A stretch of 64,000 nucleotides of DNA from an uncultured virus (IMG/VR IMGVR_UViG_3300030117_002316) (taxonomy: Duplodnaviria > Heunggongvirae > Uroviricota > Caudoviricetes): positions 1 through 64,000 of the IMG/VR virus record IMGVR_UViG_3300030117_002316; one strand, given 5' to 3'. The notes below the pieces were generated by a model. It did no database searches, had not been told where the DNA came from, and worked only from the letters and a program-made list of their open reading frames with translations. Made by a program: the position numbers and the translations under genes. Shown piece by piece: positions 60,801-64,000 of the stretch (position 1 is its first letter; each line of letters starts with the position of its first letter).

Positions 60801-62880
60801 AATCAGACCTCACCTTATTCTTAGTCCTAGAGATATTATGGATGATATGAAAAAAGGCAGAGGCGATAAGATGTTTGAAAGACAGATGATGGTAGATGAG
60901 TTTAATATCTTTGGAGATGTATCTGATCTTCTGAATTTATTCGAAACGGTAGCTAGTAGAGGACCGGGAGAAACCTTCTATAACTACGACGGAACTCCCG
61001 TTTCTAGAGAAACCCAAAACCACATGGTTAAGTCTGCTCAGGTTCTTAGGGGTAAGCACGATGTTACAAGAGGAATTAAGCACTCAGCTGAAGGACCAAG
61101 TAGTACTGAAAATATCTTTATGCAAATGGCTCCGGGCATTACTAGAACAGTATTCGGAGGAAACCTTGCAATGGCAACTGCTACTGTTGAAGGAATGATG
61201 AACGTCCTTCAGGAAGCTTTGGGCAAGGGTAACATTGTAAACGCACTGCGTGGAATCTTTGCTCCTATCTTAGGTCTTAGTCGAGAGGGACAGGAAAGAG
61301 TTGCTAGAGATCTTGTCCATACCGTAGAGGCTTTAACTAAGGGACACCTTCCTGATCACGAAATGCCAGCTAATGCAATACAACAGAATTGGGCAGTAAA
61401 GGCTGTAAACTTTACGGGTAGACAGGCAATGCGACCTGCCCAGCATATGTTGAAAACTATTGCAATGTCTAGAGCTGTATCAGCTAGAAACTTTATTACA
61501 GACAATCTTTTACATAAGACAACTAAGGGTAAAGACGGATCCCGTGTTCCCCGTCTTGAAAGATTGGCTCAGTTAATTAGGGACGAACCTTTAGGGGACG
61601 ATCCCAAAGCATTAAGAGATAGAATGCGTAAGGCAGGATTTGGTACGATATTAGCAGGAGACCTCCCCCTTATTTCATATATGTTAAGAGCGGGAGTTTT
61701 AAATCTTGAGGACGGATCCTTTGATAACCTTCAGTCTATGGTTAAAGAAGGAACACAAGAACACAGGTACTACAGTCCGGGTGAGATGTTAGGTAAGTTA
61801 CACAGGAGTGGTCTTGAAGTAACCGATCCCGAATATCAATCAAGAAAGAAGATTATCTCTGGTCTTAGGTTTATTGAGAAGGGCTATATCGAAGAAGTGC
61901 TGGTGGCTCCTAATGCCTTTGATATCTTTACCCCAATGGTCAGTAAGACAGGAGAGGTATCTGGTGTGGGTGCAATGGATACCTTGTTTGAAATCTTCCG
62001 GCGATACCCCATGCTCTTCGTTAGTCAGCATATTTATCGTAAGGCCAATCGTCTTGATTTTACTCGGTTTGCTTTTGGTGCAGCTAGTATGATTATGTTA
62101 GATATGGTTTACATGCTTGCATTGAGATTAGCTATGGGTGCTTATCCTGAAGACATCTGGGATGAGTTTGAGAAAAACCCTGTACAGTTTACAATGCTGT
62201 ATGCCAGTAGGCTGCCTATCCTTGGTCGATACATGGGATTCTTAGCAGAAGCTACAGCTCAGGTTACAAGCATGGCTCAAGGTAGAACCACCAGACAGCC
62301 CGGTGGATTTGTCCCAACGGCAGCAGTATTCACAGCCTTGGGTGGAGGATTAAAAGCAGGACAGTCTTGGTTAGACGACGAACCCCATAAGTGGCAGGAC
62401 ACGATTAATGCTGCTAGGGTTGTTCCCCTGCTGGGCGAGGGTATCCTTCGCTTAGGGATCTACACAGCAGCCGGAGACAGCATTACAAGACGTAAGCACA
62501 GCTCAGGTGGAGGAGGGTCCGGCTCAGGCTCAGGAGCCCCTATACACTACGGAGTGACCTCTCACGCTCTCAATCAGGGATATAATGTAGAATTACGTAA
62601 GCTTCTAGAGGAGTTCTCTGGGCAGCAGCTTAGGTGGCCTCAGTATGAGGCTCAGCGAAACATGAGTATTCCATTTAGGGATACTACTGTGCCTGAGGTT
62701 CCAAAGGAAATGGAAGGAATGACTCCTCCACCAAGGATGCCCTCCACCTCTGTCCCAGAGCCCGCCCCAGCCCCCGCCTCGCCTCCCGTCCCCGCGCCGA
62801 CTTCAGTTGAGCCCGATATGGTAGATCGCCTTAGAGGGCAACAGGGGACATCTGGTAAACTAGCAGACGCACTGGGGTAA
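48853..62880 (+). CDS. Giant (4675 aa) putative internal virion protein with RNAP-like domain and zincin motif (candidate virion RNA polymerase)
   Basis: Motif A-like DQVGSGLQ (D1667), EDIY, motif B REFFKIPVLRRLYG (R1797), AHELSH (H3238) followed by EEFIA; N-terminal hydrophobic/Gly-rich segment like ejection proteins. Confidence 0.75.
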   Translation: MSDNTWAYTPIPLTTGSIVEEEMLRERRDKALRTVEKIPFYKDTPDYAAAFESPLIFQDIDSGEIVRGMMHTAEASRQQMKTELTRGFTSRDKGFQQMVSQQAVGGRDLEKYENTILDLTDAQEEILTSGAEGPQWNLEFWNYSVDDIPIYDLAVGGPEDILNDEPPEGWSVDSAIEVFKESDPELYNIMSLSLGGDSGIAEIVKDARNPMEFFVKLQQRQQLLAITESQQEFDRRSGWFGRQYEWGKNFIVNGILDDPDMAGSIALSLGLLVTTGGIGTVGAIAAKVGQTALRGYKFAKAGRAARVAGRALATSAKYGRQAQHWMPENLGPTLVKSVLFKNRYQSWSGLKRFSVNRLADSAEGTISGGIAEFFNQNRMKGLGITDDISYTSVLAEAAVEAMVSPMINPGMGQAMKLVGAVSAVPGTLGAMAWEGTIGKTELGEFLGTLGEKTISMWNPDSVITSMDAYDKKEEIFASMNSLLVEGESVGKSLDENELLAGLLETLKVTTELDDLTFLDKINGALGELILARDNATGTQKKMTGLELAIGLANQLATKDQDIKAAMQGDNYTEFMSVLGTQVTIAQNARRENKTIDEYLDDVNEKGNYFDLLPDVLKERVYKENGGKAVVDKLTDKAKREKAAEIQLEIVKKTREVHNNFQDRTDEQTNKIEKIESDAKKVARKHKVNPPVITVVEEKTDTDLTDTDLADTEEEAIVEKEPSSGMMQHQENMDKIKKGRAELRRVKEELKKKHDNASDADAKEALETDIKEIDNLLSEMAELSRKATESMNVYLRESGQDKKLIELGRTLSTIVADVKKFETDKVKPWEQKMHKFAKPRLGIQQIQIRFMRENFKEEYPDGLRYSDLNSDEQAAINDAIEVLEGRGSKYLERVRDGEKISIKQLKQVVERIGNRMKKIHDDFEKSSEGREWADHVEKQNRALADYQVAFAQYQQENMVSEVIRMAQVRGIAETQKLRRAKEAQLKGMRKTVDQFISEHVAANPDTPISAKQVIDRLPRWSKLRKKLESNRNKGESSINVAELKTMIDEDFADMKKNIRVGKQDPRYRRFKRSDAVKDRYKGRFANEVSDSEILDVDYDQDWLVQNIEIGSPVKSGALFSIEQDSKAFAEFKANLSDLSNTVGAIDNEGTISAWRLTTNMPEYFWDLGLPLHLIFREAMIDPEGTEGASKKGIATYWSGNEEFSHARFDYATVMKILNTWQQITKSRLEGIVADHGKNIASELLEELLEEGSSSNLPNLHRTVEFLNNVIEADRIFNKERFEADGFILTVDEETGFPASFAKQTDGHRFVGAVKKAIHQRVEVLMGRRKYREALRGLIGLDPKKKFERESPEALNSRIAQETADITSYIMSELSDLLNTVGPEHLNYIEYTIEGFGNGEISWSSPKQAGDGIVDTIIGKLVPEKSRLSGVGEVPDIPTTESRVIGQSVRTAAPLEADTNAAAPVPTWEIRRAVENHKFRLRVREVLKRAESGKPLTQAEKDILYNKAHAEYKESRLKDKMDPVADEMDVYVVPQIIGGHLQERIMTRGEAKEFMLEIFLDMAHVSYSFIQDAQTIANGGTLRFKNTAENPQPLAIAGLNVGYDNIVPWGRLGETLALEEMSPNLKGMTETVATAHLAWLAERKEKWLANNPGKEWNINEILSDSNQIDQVGSGLQITTLLSRIGDEGVARQLGEIEALLAGDNENRYEFLDENGDAKVDEDGNFISLALEDIYVNSGLGAVAAMRGKHSDNEFIQGSGQWNTVVFKWLADNNINTAEDFRNALATMEGQELKKAKACREFFKIPVLRRLYGGGLDSWKLEFIGANPRSREKIKDLEAAFADENLKFTDEELLNLGKSWLGHAGKTVGHILDAAMGFEGTMRKKAMSFYTQGRSSQMLSEAWRDIVQSTTIPARDSETAQGAQELVGEDGGIHVMDRIERVKRDLDAKLDWLAERMPGDPDKNRIELEEKYQDRWGKAREFIEEVERKGENLNDGSPNWERLQEILHGNTMSWENIRLFRATNILNASAYSLNMQRMKQVANDFGFPDFDPEDWMGLENQLLFHLNLPTQRSPRSYSVGGLDTHGIFANRVAVNPEKFTAFMQEAKERVLREEGREFTREDFEEALGDWLENRDPDAMGMFDMKDNIFKGETREDVDAELDRLMDIDQLLYMAGEDTLDPKLFPDYHAESSEIAVIDSLNRMWYEHNEKRFRTPEGETDRTIASEIEFEERMLASGEHGRAILLNRAKILGGYRSSKVAKAMGGAKVEYHRREYSASEAIGTKEEHDLYMSTVAPQGPLSLTPKYKRMSYFNRGIPALQREGVQRQINEVMAPIARIDPTLADTAIDARVGDTTNKGVSIFEDHPALLGWKPPWKRENLPMPRPIRIDELLELNIDDEIGRKAVTILQDMREWASLRPDVLEDLESPEGLIYWYVTREIERLRESQLNDLPAYDDFNTTEEEGLAYARRYREKWLKGLHDLTHFSRDIKYGSAKGYTLSDSARELSVQAAKYGEENITEPEWLELLTSRMSENNPRGIGLSSPTRLDKALSFILPRENVILINKLGQNGAKIETNELKMLAQLIQSTDFNLHLLSVLYTNEILPSVLKEFTVTLPDGSTVKPYADKKFKALDSEGNIRRNSKGEVIELAMWEDPNLWEQYIDPSHIHAIIAQAKEWVKKNGKDDIVFDTLIETQITSDPKVAGGKMEKMKVHLASSTPDAVGGRQGSKLMPHVMGGSVFRTVNTQTEVTGKGTLALTPDKALELFAYLESMPVIMKSRRSQWGNIALGFERDPVTGLPREVQPVSRSIEEGLGHSEREIREAEIKRSNALERIIATKEETGINVRMVADETRTTEGGAIVQVVDLDHYSKGDHAARMGRRDSWFESFLSPIEKQIGYLKATNIHSGTSPALLAQLESVVEGAREANLADDVDGDLNAAVAMWLGIMLQLDDWNKFIQLKSYGPIFKTFIGQDRFSKATNAEAFAQAKKLARQIRQVAGIDWRGGGLTGQRHTNLINAIREWASHAAEEEGLNAELSPSENFKQWVAENRNTVRKSLGIDVVDWESLGFTLENDELVFEGIGDSRDPDVPAEEELRYIVEYAIGKELLDVEQDSNITTFETDESRLNSTGKDLIRLVKDPDEFRKAVNRTGDMNLRRVASDLDGLEGQVSPRNLERLRALVSRMWAINPMNLLDLEIGRDFVAREGKPRVKRSEDGKFVIRMGNKLDTPLNDPNVALVFAHELSHMGRMKWVADNSGTWRQWVDLYHSKAGRTLLAKIVQAWHGGQWTAVAEQEYNSYLKDPEEFIAALTSYYLVNDSLPALELDENEGRVLGRADSIIDRILDFVRQHFLRVASVLTNFHYEDPKLAGHVESLIQKTLGWDPEGKKAFTEIQNEGTTREMFWDKRFEDPANDYIYSLDELQTKIKEHSDLAELGEDRDDAQDSRFLRLDEELNDPRSGADHMLAAGLSRYDYEIAHAENMERFAGPNGTLDLSAMMKSIDTSRGDAVNMTSMAAALQYAMTKLDDTYGAQFRQGGGVVLHKIMKAATMMLSMGHGDPVKWARGLADLTVGKTGANHTWNGPHPFEALLTMLINDDIATTIGQYTNVRGTPSVNRNVVGMIATYQERIIASQTKITNLLQPWMTKFLGHEAHFTTKAKERSAKIWDAVYFEIMRKTENPNHEVELSKLVEDGMGVELAGKIKTEIENIALSLSKFMQDYMVAGKELGVISEHTADDTHTLPYKMTKRLNEYDARSGFMNNMGTMLQDKIINTEELIDPVVMYCGGLLPRFDTLKGLKNDLEEIKNVDNGSLFQMIAYKAAEAANKAEGKDIEDRAIVAGRKQAVVNQLYSADDHVATNALEHFRQGVLTIMREMGHKRLTVSELKNDHNINWDAFKDRYERAASKNHVVQGDRIQALDSPALDAIVPDSIHYSPGRTTARKHHVMKIRNAVDLHLHNLMNRASAGMYYTWDMWSMPTVLEAASDPVIRPHLILSPRDIMDDMKKGRGDKMFERQMMVDEFNIFGDVSDLLNLFETVASRGPGETFYNYDGTPVSRETQNHMVKSAQVLRGKHDVTRGIKHSAEGPSSTENIFMQMAPGITRTVFGGNLAMATATVEGMMNVLQEALGKGNIVNALRGIFAPILGLSREGQERVARDLVHTVEALTKGHLPDHEMPANAIQQNWAVKAVNFTGRQAMRPAQHMLKTIAMSRAVSARNFITDNLLHKTTKGKDGSRVPRLERLAQLIRDEPLGDDPKALRDRMRKAGFGTILAGDLPLISYMLRAGVLNLEDGSFDNLQSMVKEGTQEHRYYSPGEMLGKLHRSGLEVTDPEYQSRKKIISGLRFIEKGYIEEVLVAPNAFDIFTPMVSKTGEVSGVGAMDTLFEIFRRYPMLFVSQHIYRKANRLDFTRFAFGAASMIMLDMVYMLALRLAMGAYPEDIWDEFEKNPVQFTMLYASRLPILGRYMGFLAEATAQVTSMAQGRTTRQPGGFVPTAAVFTALGGGLKAGQSWLDDEPHKWQDTINAARVVPLLGEGILRLGIYTAAGDSITRRKHSSGGGGSGSGSGAPIHYGVTSHALNQGYNVELRKLLEEFSGQQLRWPQYEAQRNMSIPFRDTTVPEVPKEMEGMTPPPRMPSTSVPEPAPAPASPPVPAPTSVEPDMVDRLRGQQGTSGKLADALG

Positions 62881-62972
62881 ATCGACTAGGGGGTCACGAA
62901 TTTGTCTGGGGGTGTAATGGTTGCATGGAGCAACCTTATCCCCCCTTACCCCCCTTGTCAAAGGAGACAAGA

Positions 62973-63269
62973 ATGAAGAAGACAGTACTCATCGTACTGG
63001 TCGTGGCATTCCTTGTTATTGTACCACAGCGTGCTGTGCGTACAATCAATGAGTGTGTCATTGCCAACCTTGGCACATCCATCTTGGAGTGCCAGAGCGT
63101 TCGAGATGTCGCTGTGCTCGGCGAGTTCCTCGTCGAGAACACAGTCGACGGCTGGATTCCCTACCAGATCGGGTTGGATCTTATCGATCCAAGCTGCTGG
63201 TTTGGTTCGCCATCTCACGAGATGGATGATCCGAACGAGCAGTACGACATGCCTCAGTGGGTGCACTGA
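62973..63269 (+). CDS. Early protein with N-terminal signal/TM segment
   Basis: AAGGAG RBS; MKKTVLIVLVVAFLVIVP. Confidence 0.7.
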   Translation: MKKTVLIVLVVAFLVIVPQRAVRTINECVIANLGTSILECQSVRDVAVLGEFLVENTVDGWIPYQIGLDLIDPSCWFGSPSHEMDDPNEQYDMPQWVH

Positions 63270-63481
63270 TGGCAAAGCGTAGCTTCAAAGTCCACGATGT
63301 TGTGACCCTGCCGCCTCGCGGTGGGGCACAGCATCGTGGACGAGGCATCGTCGTCAAGGTCACGAAGAAGAAGGTAACTGTGTTACCGATCCCCGACCAC
63401 TCGTCGGGGAACCTCACGTTTAAGCCAGACCAGCTCCGGTACTGGCGAAAGGGCAACCGAAACCGGAGAATGCACGAATGA
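63269..63481 (+). CDS. Small basic early protein (possible SH3/KOW-like fold)
   Basis: TGATG coupling; FKVHDVV...GIVVKV pattern. Confidence 0.6.
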   Translation: MAKRSFKVHDVVTLPPRGGAQHRGRGIVVKVTKKKVTVLPIPDHSSGNLTFKPDQLRYWRKGNRNRRMHE

Positions 63482-63484
63482 CCA

Positions 63485-63514
63485 GCCCATGCTGCCTTAA
63501 CGGGTAGCATGGGC
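63485..63514 (+). terminator. Stem-loop between early genes
   Basis: GCCCATGCTGCC-TTAACG-GGTAGCATGGGC. Confidence 0.5.
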
Positions 63515-63537
63515 ATTCTATATAGGAGGCCTGATGG

Positions 63538-64000
63538 ATGATCAACATCAAGGCTATCGCTTGTGTTCTCGCAGCAATTGTCTGCGGGTTCCTGACTATC
63601 GCGTGTGCGTACATGGCATATGATGCTTTCGCACACATGGACTTCATGTTCGGTCCTTTGTTCGTCGCTGCCGCTGCTGGCAGTGCGTGCATGGTCTGGC
63701 TGTTCTCGGGTATTGTGCACCTTGACATCTACAGCACAGCCTACGATGAAGGCTGGGATGACGGCTGGGCACAACGAGACGAGCAGTATTCTTGTCTCCT
63801 CAAGGAAGCGGTCAGCTCCCGGGAGTGGGTACATCCCTACCTCAGGCGGCTGAAGGCTTTGGACCCTCCTCTCATGGTCCAACCTCCCGGGGCGGACAGC
63901 CCAGCCAATCCTTTCTATGTTGGCGAGTTGTGCCGAAGGCAACGGCCTATCGACCCTCTCGTCAAGCTCGGACAGGGCGACTACGAAAGATGCGACAAGG
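63538..64000 (+). CDS. Early membrane protein, 3' truncated by window edge
   Basis: AGGAGG RBS; MINIKAIACVLAAIVCGF... with two hydrophobic helices; open to the window end (hand-translated). Confidence 0.65.
   Translation, partial: MINIKAIACVLAAIVCGFLTIACAYMAYDAFAHMDFMFGPLFVAAAAGSACMVWLFSGIVHLDIYSTAYDEGWDDGWAQRDEQYSCLLKEAVSSREWVHPYLRRLKALDPPLMVQPPGADSPANPFYVGELCRRQRPIDPLVKLGQGDYERCDK

Overview
This window holds most of a ~64-kb podovirus genome with T7-like (Autographiviridae-like) core genes, and all credible genes lie on the + strand. It appears to be opened inside the early region: GC-rich early genes run from ~62.9 kb off the right edge, and similar sequence resumes at base 1. The order is: early genes and a structured non-coding region (1-8.2 kb); canonical T7-type RNA polymerase; replication and nucleotide genes (metallophosphoesterase, SSB, RusA-like resolvase, 3 tRNAs, primase-helicase, sulfotransferase-like protein, PolA, dNMP kinase, exonuclease, class II RNR); portal, scaffold, capsid and tail genes; terminase; then internal-virion genes ending in a 4675-aa protein. 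The main observation is up to three single-subunit RNA polymerase-like proteins: (1) a divergent early one cut by the left edge, with motifs A, B and C; (2) the canonical 814-aa enzyme; (3) an RNAP-like domain (motifs A and B clear, motif C uncertain) plus an HExxH zincin motif inside the giant protein, reminiscent of phage N4 virion RNAP. The early region also carries three repeated mini-hairpins that could be virion-RNAP promoters and a ~600-nt candidate structured ncRNA. All calls come from manual motif reading; no database searches were run.
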